A stretch of DNA of 62,718 bases, filler included, from Stramenopiles sp. TOSAG23-3 (taxonomy: Eukaryota), in assembly GCA_900128585.1 (NCBI GenBank). It is 14 parts of 14 records of this genome, joined end to end, with 100 filler letters (N's around TTAATTAATTAA, not from the genome) between each part and the next. Parts side by side here need not be neighbours in the genome. Positions count along the whole stretch, not along the records: positions 8,996 to 13,390 come from LT643843.1; positions 13,491 to 17,884 come from LT643844.1; positions 17,985 to 22,376 come from LT643845.1; positions 22,477 to 26,867 come from LT643846.1; 10 more parts are not named here. One strand, 5' to 3'. Of the stretch, positions 11,907 to 22,672 are shown one piece after another (positions within the stretch are counted from its first letter, which is position 1; each line of letters starts with the position of its first letter). The notes beneath the pieces are model-generated. The model had not been told where the DNA came from, made no database searches, and saw nothing but the letters and a program-made list of their open reading frames with translations. The translations under genes and the position numbers were made by a program.

Positions 11907-12494
11907 ATGAAGAAGTTTCCTGCAACCGTTACCAGGCAGCTAGTTTACAACGGTTTGCCCATTGTGAACGAATTGTTCCCAGCGCGGAAGGTTCAGAGTT
12001 ACAGGGCACGCAGCGAGATTTTGTACGAGCCATTCCCGACAATATACTGGCTGGCGTCAAAAGAGCTTGCGGCAGCAGTTTCAGTTCTAGAATCGAATTC
12101 GTTCATATCGTCCTTTGAAGAAAGAATGAGAAATGACTGTGACGCACGGGCAGTACTTTGCAAACAACACCAAGCTTATACCCAAGAAAGAAGTGATATG
12201 CTCCTCACCGAGGCAGGGAAAGCTGTATTGAAGGGAAACCCGTGGTTACCTAAAGGGTTTGTTAGCCGCGGCATTGGCGGAATTCAGCTCTCTGACCCAC
12301 CGTCCCCCGACATGTTTGAGCACGTAGGCCTCAAATGTTTGCATCTGCACTACGCACACTATCTGGCTAGCAACGGAAACAATATTGTGGGCCACTGGGT
12401 TGCTCGAGAGCTTGGGGTGCAGTGCAAAATTGAAGTGGATTTAAATGATCTTGAGTGGTCCCTTGCTACCCTTTCAGAGGAAGGGAGGAGATAA
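11907..12494 (+). CDS. DUF501 family protein (N-terminus uncertain, possibly an upstream exon)
   Basis: PFPTIYWL...HQAY...GIGG...LKCLHLHYAHYLA...NIVG motif series characteristic of DUF501. Confidence 0.75.
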   Translation: MKKFPATVTRQLVYNGLPIVNELFPARKVQSYRARSEILYEPFPTIYWLASKELAAAVSVLESNSFISSFEERMRNDCDARAVLCKQHQAYTQERSDMLLTEAGKAVLKGNPWLPKGFVSRGIGGIQLSDPPSPDMFEHVGLKCLHLHYAHYLASNGNNIVGHWVARELGVQCKIEVDLNDLEWSLATLSEEGRR

Positions 12495-12651
12495 TTCGGA
12501 TCGAAGAACTTTATGATATGTTATGCATATAGCTCTTCTGTGTGAATATTTTTTCAAATTAAAAAAAACAACTGTATAGTATGCTTTAAGACTCTCATTT
12601 TATATCAATTGTGATTTCTGTTCTAACCCTAACCTCAAATTTGAATAAACT

Positions 12652-13390
12652 TTACAAATCAAAATATACAGGAGTGAACGGACTCGTTGGTTTCTCCCTG
12701 CTTGTTAACAAAACTCGCAAGGCGCTTGGCTTAGGCTGTTGACGATCGAAACGCTTGTTTGACTTATGGCCAACAAAGCTACCACTCAACAGTTGGCGGC
12801 TTTTGTTTTTCATCATCCTTGTAAGTGTTTGACTGTACCGGTCTCCAAGCGGTTGCCTGGCACTATCGTCAAGTTTCTGCGCATCCATCGTTTTAGGGGG
12901 AAATTTTGAGAACATGAAGGGGGGATCTGGACCATGCGGTAGCCGTCTGAATGGGGTGGCGGCTTGTGGCCGTCTCCCACGGTTATGGACTTTCTTCCCT
13001 GCCCCACCCAACTGCATGCGAGGCTTGTGGGGGATAAGGTGGGCCGTCACCCCCCCCTCCTTTTTCCATATTGTTTTGCTTAACTCAGTGACCACATCTT
13101 CTTGGTGTGCCCCCCCCAGCTTTTTTGCGAACTGGACCAGAATGAGAGAAAATTGCAATCGGCTTCGGCACATACGTTGCATCCCCCGCCCCCGTAACTT
13201 TCTGAGTTTGAGAGGGCCTGGCACCCAACGATCGCTCTATGTCACACAACTTTGGTGGCGCATCTATTTCGTGTGGGCGCACAAGCGAGGCGGTCAACAT
13301 ATCCAAATAATTTCCAAATGCGTACTTCCGGCAACACACATTATGTGCTTCAGCAATATCTTTCAGAAATGGCATTTCTCGCTGAAACAT
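12652..13390 (-). CDS. Probable 3' part of a hypothetical gene, reading frame broken near homopolymers at ~13110-13127
   Basis: Two overlapping minus-strand ORFs (13085-13390, 12652-13224) in a GC-rich island; no recognisable domain. Confidence 0.35.
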
Positions 13391-13525
13391 NNNNNNNNNN
13401 NNNNNNNNNNNNNNNNNNNNNNNNNNNNNNNNNNTTAATTAATTAANNNNNNNNNNNNNNNNNNNNNNNNNNNNNNNNNNNNNNNNNNNNAAGAAGAAGG
13501 AAAAAAATGTATAACCCGAGGGACG

Positions 13526-13702
13526 CTAATGATTGAGCGAATGGGTTAATTTTCGCAATTCCACTTTGTATTCAGTTTGGAATCTTTGCTTTGAACGTAT
13601 TGATTGAGTGAAGTTCAAATCATTCCTATTCCTCGAAGGTTGCGCGTAGATTGGACTGATTATTAGTAATAAGAGGGACACACTGCAGAAGAGGAGCAGC
13701 AT
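13526..13702 (-). CDS. 58-aa putative secreted peptide (below ORF-track cutoff)
   Basis: Manual translation: MLLLFCSVSLLLLIISPIYAQPSRNRNDLNFTQSIRSKQRFQTEYKVELRKLTHSLNH*; signal-peptide-like N-terminus. Confidence 0.45.
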   Translation of the reverse strand: MLLLFCSVSLLLLIISPIYAQPSRNRNDLNFTQSIRSKQRFQTEYKVELRKLTHSLNH

Positions 13703-14380
13703 TTTGTTGCGCCGAAGGTAAAATATTATAATAGTGTTTTTTGTCCGTTTCTATTGATCACTGCTGTACGAGGATACCGTACTCTGCCGATAGTGTACCG
13801 GTTGTATTTTCACAGAAATAGTACCAGTACCAGCTAAGGCTTGTAGCAAAGGCATCAAAATAATATAATTATTATATATAGGAAACAAATACAATAGTAT
13901 AATTTCAACTAGAAGTATAAATAAAGAATGTGGCTAATTGCCACAAAAAATACTCTTCTTCTAAAATCGAGGCCGTAATAAATTTTTTTTAAAGATTGAT
14001 CTCCTATTTTTTCTTTTCAGGTGGTGGTACAATACTAGTCCTAGTCGGTCTATTATTGTAATCTAATATAATAAAATTAATATTATTATTATAATAAATA
14101 AAAAAAAATGCGGCGCCACTTTTTCCCTTTTTTTTTTCTTTGCTTTTTCTTCTTCCTTATAGAATTATTGTTATATATTTCTTCTCGATTCTTTTTTATA
14201 CCGTAATATAAGTTTATAGATACAAGTTAGATAATGAGGGACAAGTAAACGTCGGTTCGTATATCCGAGAATCATACAAATTATTGAGGGAGTCTATTTT
14301 TGATTTAGCTTTTACACTCGTGCAGCAAGTTTTTGTTTCGTCGTTAGTAACACGGAGTTGTACCGAGCCAAGTAAGCGTT

Positions 14381-17300
14381 ATGTTGAACGGTTTTCTGCG
14401 GTTCCAAACAGTTGCGAGAGCCCGGGTGGTGCGAACTGCAGTTCTCAGGGAGGGACGTCGTTGGAAGCGACCGTTCGCTTCTTCTGCTGCGTCTTCGGCA
14501 ACTCCCGCCTCAGCGAGTGTTGCATTGGATGCGGAAGAGGTAGACGGTGGCGATGAGACTGAGTATGGTGAAAATGATTTCTTTGCTTCGCCAGTCGGGG
14601 AGTCACTCGGGGGACGACAGGGCCTGCCAGAAACGGAATTGGACGAGCAAGAATTAATTGCGGGAATCCTGCAAAAGCTTAAAAGCAGAAACGGGAGCAA
14701 AATCAGCCAGTACACAGAGGATGAAATCAAGTACCTCAGTGGGGAGGGCTATTACGCTGGGATGGGGGCACTGTCGGTACAGTTGAGAAGTTACATATTG
14801 GAAAAGTACGGTGAGCAGAACGGGTTAGACTTCGACGCGACCCAGTTTGAGAAACAACTAAAGTCAGAATTTGAGATGCTGCGCGATAATGCGGCGCGGC
14901 AGCTCAAATTAAACTCCGATGCTGACGTTGAGTCGGCGACGGAAATGCAGCGCGGCGTCAACCGGCTGTTCAACCGATGGTACAAGCCGTTGCTAAGAAA
15001 AGTTCAACAGGAGGTAAAGTTTATTAAAGCAGGGGAGAAAGGGAAGGACCGTGCGTATTACGGAGCATATTTTTTGTTGACATCCCCCGAGCACCTCACC
15101 ATGATGGCCCTGCAGGCCTTTTTTACTTCGTTTGTCAACAAGGAAGCTCTTGCGGAGGGAAAAGTAGTTTCCGTCGCCATTCGCATGGGCCAAGCGTACG
15201 AGAGTTTTATCGTCCAGGAAAGGTCGCAATTGGAGAGTCGCAGATTAGTAGGCAGCACCCTGGACCAGTATGACGCCTCTGTGAAGAAGAGGCTGACGGC
15301 AAATCTGAGCAAATACGCCAAGCAGGTGATGGCCAGCGCTGCGAACGATATCTTACGAAAAGATCCTTGGACGATGCGCACCCAAGTAAAAGTAGGATCT
15401 GCGCTCTTACGTATGATGCTTGAGAGCTTAACGGTAGAAATGACTCTGGACGATCCCAAGTTGCAAGAGTATATTTACTTTGAAAAGTACCTTTTGTCGC
15501 AACCGAAGTGGCTTGCAAGTTACAGGAAGGGGCTCCGATCGCACGAAGGGGGGGACGTGAACGATGCGTACATTTCTGAAGCTTTGCTCGACGACGAAGA
15601 CATGGAGGAGGCAATCAGCATGGAAGAGGACATTGGAAGTAGCTTTGGTGACGAGGAAGACATTGGAGACCACCTGTCTGTGCTGCAAGGGTCTGTCAAA
15701 TCCGGCATCCCAGGGGAGTCGTTAAGCGGGGAAGTGCGCTCAGTGCCTGCAATATATCACACGTATAGCTGCAAAAATGGGCGCAGGTACGGCCTGATAA
15801 GGGTGCACCCGAAGGTAATCGAAGAGCTAAGCTCGGTGAACAACTTGCTTGATATTCACCATGCTAAGTACAAACCTATGGTCGTGCCCCCCCTGCCCTG
15901 GACAGACCCCAAACGGGGCGGTTATCTTGCCTTGCCATCGAAATTAGTGCGGGCCCCAAGGCAAACAATTGCCCCGCAAGAGCTTGATGCGTGCGACATG
16001 TCAATGCTATACGATGGACTAAATGCTCTAGCTTTGGTTCCGTGGCGAATAAACAAGGAAGTGTTGAAGGTCGTGCAGAAAATATGGCCGACAGATTTGA
16101 AGCACGATTTTGCTGGCTTACCTGCAAATTCTGGGCTGCTGCCGAACACTCCGATTTTGACGGGGGTTAAGGAGAAAGACCAGGCCATTCTAGTCGAGCA
16201 CAGACAAAGGGTTTACGACGCGTTGAAAAAAACAAATGAGCTGCATTCGTTGCGTTGCGATACGAACATTAAAATCAACACTGCAATGGCTTATCAAGAC
16301 TGCGAGGCTATATATTTCCCTCAGAACGTAGACTTCAGAGGGCGCGTGTATCCCATAACTCCAAATTTCAACCACCTGGGCAGTGACTTGAACCGGGCAC
16401 TCCTCAAGTTCTCCAAATCAAAGCCGCTCGGAGAACGAGGCCTTTACTGGCTGAAGGTCCACGCCGCAAACTTGTTCGGTTTCGACAAAGCCCCCTTTGA
16501 CGATCGGGCGGCGTACATTGACGAACGCATGGAGCGATTGATTGACTCTGCAAACAACCCGCTGAGCGGCGAGAAGTGGTGGTTGGAGGCAGATAGCCCC
16601 TGGCAGGCTCTGGCGACAGCGAAAGAACTCAGTGCCGCAATGAAAATGGCGGTGCCAGAAGATTACCTGTCGAATTTACCCGTTCACCAAGACGGCTCAT
16701 GTAATGGGCTGCAGCACTACGCCGCACTGGGCCGGGATGTAGATGGGGCCAAGGCTGTAAATTTGGTGCCATCTGATCGACCACAGGATGTTTATAGCCG
16801 GGTGCTTGATATCGTCGTTAAAACAGTGGAAGAAGAGCAGAGATCGTCAAATGCAGACACTGCGCTGATGGCCCAGAGTATGATTCACATGCTGGACAGA
16901 AAGCTCGTCAAACAAACCGTTATGACTAGTGTATATGGGGTTACCTTCATCGGCGCAAGGCAGCAAATCTTTAACCGTATTCGTGAAAAAGTCATTAAAA
17001 ACGACCTGGACCCTCGGATTTACAATGAATCATTTCAGTACAAATGCTCAATATATTTAGCGCGCATTGTTCTAGCATCAATCGGGGAACTGTTCTCAAA
17101 CGCGAAAGGCATCATGGAGTGGTTAGCAGAGGTTGCAGTGATTGTTGCAAAAGAAGACGAGGCAATGTCCTGGGTATCCCCCGTGGGCCTTCCAGTGGTC
17201 CAGCCGTACCGCCGCACAAAGAAAAAGGCCATCGTGACATCGTTGCAGAATGTTCAAGTAATCGACGACGAAAATTTCTTGCCCGTAAATAAGCGAAAAC

Positions 17301-17614
17301 AGAGCTCGGCTTTCCCCCCTAATTTTGTTCACTCCCTTGACTCCTCGCACATGATAATGACTGCGATCAGGTGCCATAATGCAAACCTGGACTTTGCAGC
17401 AGTCCACGACAGCTACTGGACCCATGCGGGAGATGTCGACCAAATGAACGATTTGTTGCGCGATTCATTCGTGGATTTATACGAAGAGAATATTTTGGAA
17501 GACTTGATGCTCTCTCTGACGTTGCGATACCCATCAGTAGAGTTTCCCCCAATTCCAACCAGGGGAAATTTAGACATGAATGAGGTAAAGAACAGTTTGT
17601 ACTTTTTCAGCTAA
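14381..17614 (+). CDS. POLRMT: Mitochondrial single-subunit (T7-like) DNA-directed RNA polymerase
   Basis: Arg-rich presequence; DFRGRVYP, HQDGSCNGLQHYAAL, RKLVKQTVMTSVYG, PPNFVHSLD, AVHDSYWTH, YFFS C-terminus. Confidence 0.97.
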   Translation: MLNGFLRFQTVARARVVRTAVLREGRRWKRPFASSAASSATPASASVALDAEEVDGGDETEYGENDFFASPVGESLGGRQGLPETELDEQELIAGILQKLKSRNGSKISQYTEDEIKYLSGEGYYAGMGALSVQLRSYILEKYGEQNGLDFDATQFEKQLKSEFEMLRDNAARQLKLNSDADVESATEMQRGVNRLFNRWYKPLLRKVQQEVKFIKAGEKGKDRAYYGAYFLLTSPEHLTMMALQAFFTSFVNKEALAEGKVVSVAIRMGQAYESFIVQERSQLESRRLVGSTLDQYDASVKKRLTANLSKYAKQVMASAANDILRKDPWTMRTQVKVGSALLRMMLESLTVEMTLDDPKLQEYIYFEKYLLSQPKWLASYRKGLRSHEGGDVNDAYISEALLDDEDMEEAISMEEDIGSSFGDEEDIGDHLSVLQGSVKSGIPGESLSGEVRSVPAIYHTYSCKNGRRYGLIRVHPKVIEELSSVNNLLDIHHAKYKPMVVPPLPWTDPKRGGYLALPSKLVRAPRQTIAPQELDACDMSMLYDGLNALALVPWRINKEVLKVVQKIWPTDLKHDFAGLPANSGLLPNTPILTGVKEKDQAILVEHRQRVYDALKKTNELHSLRCDTNIKINTAMAYQDCEAIYFPQNVDFRGRVYPITPNFNHLGSDLNRALLKFSKSKPLGERGLYWLKVHAANLFGFDKAPFDDRAAYIDERMERLIDSANNPLSGEKWWLEADSPWQALATAKELSAAMKMAVPEDYLSNLPVHQDGSCNGLQHYAALGRDVDGAKAVNLVPSDRPQDVYSRVLDIVVKTVEEEQRSSNADTALMAQSMIHMLDRKLVKQTVMTSVYGVTFIGARQQIFNRIREKVIKNDLDPRIYNESFQYKCSIYLARIVLASIGELFSNAKGIMEWLAEVAVIVAKEDEAMSWVSPVGLPVVQPYRRTKKKAIVTSLQNVQVIDDENFLPVNKRKQSSAFPPNFVHSLDSSHMIMTAIRCHNANLDFAAVHDSYWTHAGDVDQMNDLLRDSFVDLYEENILEDLMLSLTLRYPSVEFPPIPTRGNLDMNEVKNSLYFFS

Positions 17615-17684
17615 AGTGGTGCCCTCCCTTTGATCGCAGAACGAGTGAAAAAAAAGTAGAGTGTTTTTATTGAGAACAAAATAA

Positions 17685-17884
17685 ATGGCTGCTATTTTAA
17701 CAAAAAAAAACGGAATTCAGTTTATCTAAATTAAAAACAAAAAATTGGCTGTAATTTATGTTACTTAAATAAAAACAAGAGAAATTGGCTGTTATTTTAT
17801 TTAGTAAAAACAATTAAGCCGCTGCTTGGAAAATCGTACAAGGATTGAGTCACCTATGAGTGGGATATCGGATGAGGAAGTTGA
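17685..17884 (+). repeat. Dispersed repeat: three module-A cores (AAAT(T)GGCTG) followed by module B fragment
   Basis: CAATTAAGCCGCTGCTTGGAAAATCGTACAAGGATTGA...GATGAGGAAGTTGA matches 49058-49131. Confidence 0.85.
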
Positions 17885-17984
17885 NNNNNNNNNNNNNNNN
17901 NNNNNNNNNNNNNNNNNNNNNNNNNNNNTTAATTAATTAANNNNNNNNNNNNNNNNNNNNNNNNNNNNNNNNNNNNNNNNNNNN

Positions 17985-18016
<32 letters not shown>

Positions 18017-18634
18017 TTCTTTCTTTCTTTCTTTCTTTCTTTCTTAAAAGAAGGCCCTTTGGGAGATTTACAAAAAAGAAAGAAAAAAAAAGGGGGGAGG
18101 GCAAGAGTAAATAAAATAGAAGCAAGTCGTTCATAACTAATTACTATAGTGAACACAATTGAATTAAATTTTATAAAATATTAACTACGATAATATTGTA
18201 TTATAATTATTATTAAATACTTTAAATTCATTCTTATATTAACTAATTTATACAATTTAATTAGATAGAATTTAAATAGAATTTAAATAGCACCTTCAAC
18301 GTAGTCTTCTATCTATGTACAATACTAAAGAGAAGAATGAATAGGAATAAAATTATTATCGTCTACTTAAAACTACAGTACCGGTAGGTACATCGAATAC
18401 CATAGAGGAAGAAGAAGAAAAATTAGAAAAATAATAATAATAATAATAGAAACGAAAGAAAAGGAATTCTGGAAAGTTAACTACATATGTGTAAGTGTAA
18501 AGAAAGATAGAAGAATGTTGATTGGAAATCAGCACAAGTAGTAACCGCAGAAGTTAAAAGTAAACGGCAATCGCTTTGTTATTTGTTTTGTTTACTTTGT
18601 TCGAGCATTCGTGTGTTTGTCTGTAACAAGAAAG

Positions 18635-19708
18635 ATGAGGTCAGCGGTTATTGTTGTAAGTTGCTTGGCCTGCACGGCGTCCGCGGTCGCGGTATCGTCG
18701 AAAGCCCTGCCGAAGCATTTTCACCCGCTTCTAAAGCGCGTGGTAGTGGATTACGAGGAAATAGGGAAGGAAAAGCCTGCGGTCAAGGCGTTGGATATGA
18801 AATTGCCGAAATCGTTCGGTGCGACTGGGACAGAAAACTTGTTTTATAGTAACTCCTTCGCCAGCCATGGCGTCGTCGAGGACGACGCGACCGGCACGGC
18901 AGACAACGCGACCAAAAGTGAGCCTGTGGTGCCGAAGAAGGAAGTCTTAGGTCCCCCAAAGGACTACAAGGAATTAGTAAATCGGACGCGAGCCGAAAGG
19001 CTTGCCAAGTTGAAGGAACTGGCCAAGAGTGTAGAGGAGAAGGAGGAATTGAAAGTAGTACAAAGGGTCGAAACCGAGAAGAAGGAGCAAGCCCGCACCC
19101 GGAACGAGGTGGAACAGCGGTCGGTGAACGCCCTGAAGCAGAAAATAGAATCGGTTGCCCGTGAAAATGTTGGCAAGAAAAAGAATACAACTGCCCTGGC
19201 CAATGCCTCGTCTGTCGTGGATGCCGGGAAGGTTGCCGTGGCGGGTTCAGGTTCGGGATCAGGTTCAGGCTCAGGTTCGGGCTCGGGCTCAAGTTCAGGC
19301 TCAGGCTCAAGTTCAGGCTCGGGCTCAAGTTCAGGCTCAGGCTCAGGCTCGGGATCAAGTTCAGTCTCAGGATCAGGCTCAGGTTCTCCTCCCCCCGCAG
19401 ACGAACCACCATTAGAGAAAGTCATCGAAGAGGTTCGAAAGGAAAAGAAAGCCCACCCAAACCAGCCCATATCTGTACCAGAAGAAATCAAACGCATGCG
19501 TGGCCACATGGAGTACCTTCGCCACAAACAGGTGGGCCGTCCCCTAAGTGTTGATCCAACGCACGTTACGATGAGCAACCCGCACGGAAATGAATATTCT
19601 TGGATCAAAAATAGTAGAATGGGTTCCAGTGTTTTTCGTGTTTACAATCAGCTCAAACATGAACAGCTCCGTACCAGACCCATGGATTTACCAGACAAGA
19701 GACTTTAA
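18635..19708 (+). CDS. Secreted protein with coiled coil and (GS)n linker
   Basis: Signal-like [19 protein letters not shown]; ~48-aa Gly/Ser repeat encoded at ~19243-19388. Confidence 0.8.
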   Translation: MRSAVIVVSCLACTASAVAVSSKALPKHFHPLLKRVVVDYEEIGKEKPAVKALDMKLPKSFGATGTENLFYSNSFASHGVVEDDATGTADNATKSEPVVPKKEVLGPPKDYKELVNRTRAERLAKLKELAKSVEEKEELKVVQRVETEKKEQARTRNEVEQRSVNALKQKIESVARENVGKKKNTTALANASSVVDAGKVAVAGSGSGSGSGSGSGSGSSSGSGSSSGSGSSSGSGSGSGSSSVSGSGSGSPPPADEPPLEKVIEEVRKEKKAHPNQPISVPEEIKRMRGHMEYLRHKQVGRPLSVDPTHVTMSNPHGNEYSWIKNSRMGSSVFRVYNQLKHEQLRTRPMDLPDKRL

Positions 19709-20006
19709 AGTGTTGCACGAAAGTTGTTAAATTTTTTATTAAAAAAAAAAATGTTATTTTTCTTATTATTTATTTAGCTATTGTGAGTACCTTTTATTGG
19801 TATTATTATACAAAATAAAATACAAAAGTATACGAAAGAAGAGTATATGATATTTAATAGGTAAATAGACTATTCAAATACGTACCCATTTATATACTAC
19901 AATACTATAGCAACAACTACAAAATAATGAAGAAAAAAAAATTTAATAATAATTGATTGAGAATTGAGAATTCCTTCTTCTTCTATCTCGAAATGAAGAA
20001 CACATT

Positions 20007-20954
20007 CTAAAGCCTTGCCGTCTTTCCTTCCCGATGGAAAAATGCAGTGGTGAGTTGTTCAAACACATGCTTTGCAAAGTCCTTGCATTTTTCTTGGGGT
20101 GCAAAGTGACCCGCGTCTGGAAATATGCGAAAAGTTCCGTGCTTCAGGCATTGGTTCATACCTTTGTACAAATCTATGGTCGTTGGGAAATTTTCAAACC
20201 CACTCATGTGCCTGCTCCACTCTCCCACACTGATGCTGCATGCAGAATCCACATTCTTGAGGTTCGCCCAGTCGCTTCCCCGGGGAGGCTGGTCGTACAT
20301 GTCGGCTTCAAAGTGAGGGCTACATTTCAGCTCTACGCCCCCCTCGGTCGGACGCAGGGCATGCTGTATGTACATGTCGAAGGCTCGCTCGTCGAACGTT
20401 TTGAACATTCCCCGACCCGCAAGCGCATTGCGGGCTCCGTCAAAACTTTCCCAACGGGACCTCCGTTTTCGAGCAGCCGCCACCATCATATTTACACCCT
20501 CGCGATTGCGGTCTTTCTCTCCCATCGGTGGGAATAAAATTGGTTCGTGCAGAATCATCTGGTTGAAAGTGCCTGGGTAGTTCATTTCTGCCATTGCTAG
20601 CCCAGCAGCCCCCATTGAATGGCCCACACCGACGACGGGTGCGTGCTCGATGCCTTCCCTCGTGAACTTCAACACCTCCTGGACATTCCGCGGGCAAAAG
20701 TCTACCCATAGAGACTTTGGTGCATCTCTTCCTGGTTTCCATGAATCGCCATGGCCTGTAAAGTCAAACGTTACGGCCTGGCAACTCATACCAGCATCGT
20801 GAAGCAACAAGCTTAACTCATCGATCACGGGATTCCAAAGCTCTTTGCACAGACCCGTCGCGTGCGAAAACAGTATCAAAGCGTCTACCTTTCGGCCCGA
20901 CGACGCAATGCAGCCGATCGCCCGTTTCGAAAACGCAACTCGAGGTAGAGACAT
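20007..20954 (-). CDS. Alpha/beta-hydrolase with peroxisomal PTS1-like C-terminus (-ARL)
   Basis: HATG oxyanion motif, DFTGHGDS, nucleophile elbow GHSMG, catalytic His in AGHF; ends TARL. Confidence 0.9.
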   Translation of the reverse strand: MSLPRVAFSKRAIGCIASSGRKVDALILFSHATGLCKELWNPVIDELSLLLHDAGMSCQAVTFDFTGHGDSWKPGRDAPKSLWVDFCPRNVQEVLKFTREGIEHAPVVGVGHSMGAAGLAMAEMNYPGTFNQMILHEPILFPPMGEKDRNREGVNMMVAAARKRRSRWESFDGARNALAGRGMFKTFDERAFDMYIQHALRPTEGGVELKCSPHFEADMYDQPPRGSDWANLKNVDSACSISVGEWSRHMSGFENFPTTIDLYKGMNQCLKHGTFRIFPDAGHFAPQEKCKDFAKHVFEQLTTAFFHREGKTARL

Positions 20955-21621
20955 TTCTCTAGCGAACGGGTGGGATTATCGTGTTCGTGTGTGCAATAAA
21001 TATTAAGACTTTCTTCCCCTAACGGATTTTAGAATGTACATAGTTGATCTAATCGAATTAAACCTATATGTTAGTAGACATGCACGCGCAAGATCATTAC
21101 TACTTCTTCTTCTTTCTTCTGTCGTCTTTTATTACCACAACAAAACAACAGCAAGCAGCAAACAAAATAAATTAAAAAAACAAAAAACGATGATGATGAA
21201 GAATGAAGAAGAAAGAAGAGGAGGAGCGACACAAAAAAACAACAACAGACGACGAACGAAGAAGAAGAAAGAAGGAGAGGAAGAGGAGGAAGGAGAGGAG
21301 GGCGGGACTACACCTATGATAATAAATACAATAAAAGTAGTGGTCTTCTATAATACTTGTTTTGTTGTTGGCCAAACAAACAAAAAAGGAAGAACCTTCG
21401 TATTATTATTATATTTAATAATGGGGAAATGGGAAAATAGAAAAAGAAGAACAGTAAAGGAATTGGAATTTCCACACATCAAAAGAGTTGGTCTTTGAAT
21501 ATTCACTCGTACTAAGCGTTTCTGAAAAAATCCGAAGAGTGTGTACTATTTTTTTTCTTCTTACTTGTTGTTTGCTGTCGTCGTCTGGAACATTGTTGTT
21601 GTTGTTGGAAAATCTTAATAA

Positions 21622-22376
21622 ATGTCGCTGGCAACACCTCTTACGAAGCTCCTTAAAATACAGCACCCTGTGATGCTGGCGGGGATGGGCGGGGCTGCGG
21701 GCCCACTCCTTGCCGCGGCGGTATCTAATGCTGGTGGTATTGGAACTATTGGTGGCGCGGGTCTGTCCCCCAAAGCATTGCGCATGAACATTGATGAAAT
21801 TAAAGAAAACTTAAACGATCAGAACGCCCCGTTTGGTGTTGATTTATTGCTGCCTCAAGTCGGAGGCAGCGCGAGAAAAACCAACAAAGATTACACTGGG
21901 GGCAAGCTGGGCGAGTTGACCGATATTATGATCGAAAAGGGGACGGCGTTGTTTGTGTGCGCTGTTGGTGTTCCGCCACGATGGATGGTGGACAAACTTC
22001 ACAGTGCTGGAATCATTGTGATGAACATGGTCGGCGCAGTGAAACACGTGAAAAAAGCGTTACAGGTTGGCGTTGTAAGTATCTAATAGAAACCTCCTCC
22101 TCGTTCTTCTCGAACACGAACACGACATTACCTTTTTGTAGATGTACTAACCCCTTCTTTTTTGCTTGAATTTTTCAGGATGTGATATGTTGTCAAGGGG
22201 GTGAAGGTGGGGGGCACACTGGAGAAGTGGTAAGTTTGCACTCTTATTCAACAATCGTAGATACCGTGAATCTTTTCTAACATCATATCGCACCATTTTC
22301 TTCTTTTTTTTTTGTTCAGCCCACGTCCGTTCTCGTGCCAAAAGTTGTCGATGCTTGTCGGGGCCACAAGTCTCCC
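21622..22376 (+). CDS. Nitronate monooxygenase / 2-nitropropane dioxygenase family; exons 21622-22074, 22179-22229, 22320->22376 (3' truncated)
   Basis: HPVMLAGMG, AAAVSNAGGIG; splicing two phase-0 GTAAGT...CAG introns restores GVDVICCQGGEGGGHTGEVPTSVLVPKVVDAC. Confidence 0.92.
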
Positions 22377-22672
22377 NNNNNNNNNNNNNNNNNNNNNNNN
22401 NNNNNNNNNNNNNNNNNNNNTTAATTAATTAANNNNNNNNNNNNNNNNNNNNNNNNNNNNNNNNNNNNNNNNNNNNAATAATGATTCCCACACCACCACC
22501 ATTGCGTTTTTTATTTTATATCTTAAGCAGAGAATTGACGACTTGATAATTTTATAAGTATCCAAAATCATTCGATTTAGCTTTTAGAGTTTGCCTGTAT
22601 TATTGTGTAAACGAAGATTTATTGTCCTCGCACGTGTTAAGTTCCACCCAGGTAACGCAAAGAAAAGAAATA

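Noticed and set aside
12620-12636. Telomere-like CTAACCCTAACC (similar TTAGGG at ~31535 and ~49250)
   Set aside because: Only one or two units; not an array.
13085-13224. Programmed +1 frameshift at A6/G8 homopolymers
   Set aside because: No homology support for either frame; an assembly indel or pseudogene is simpler. A candidate 44-nt GT-AG intron does not join the two long frames.
14381-17614. Phage T7-like RNA polymerase as sign of a prophage or linear plasmid
   Set aside because: It has a mitochondrial-type presequence and YFFS end and lies in nuclear-style context; this is the ordinary nucleus-encoded mitochondrial enzyme.
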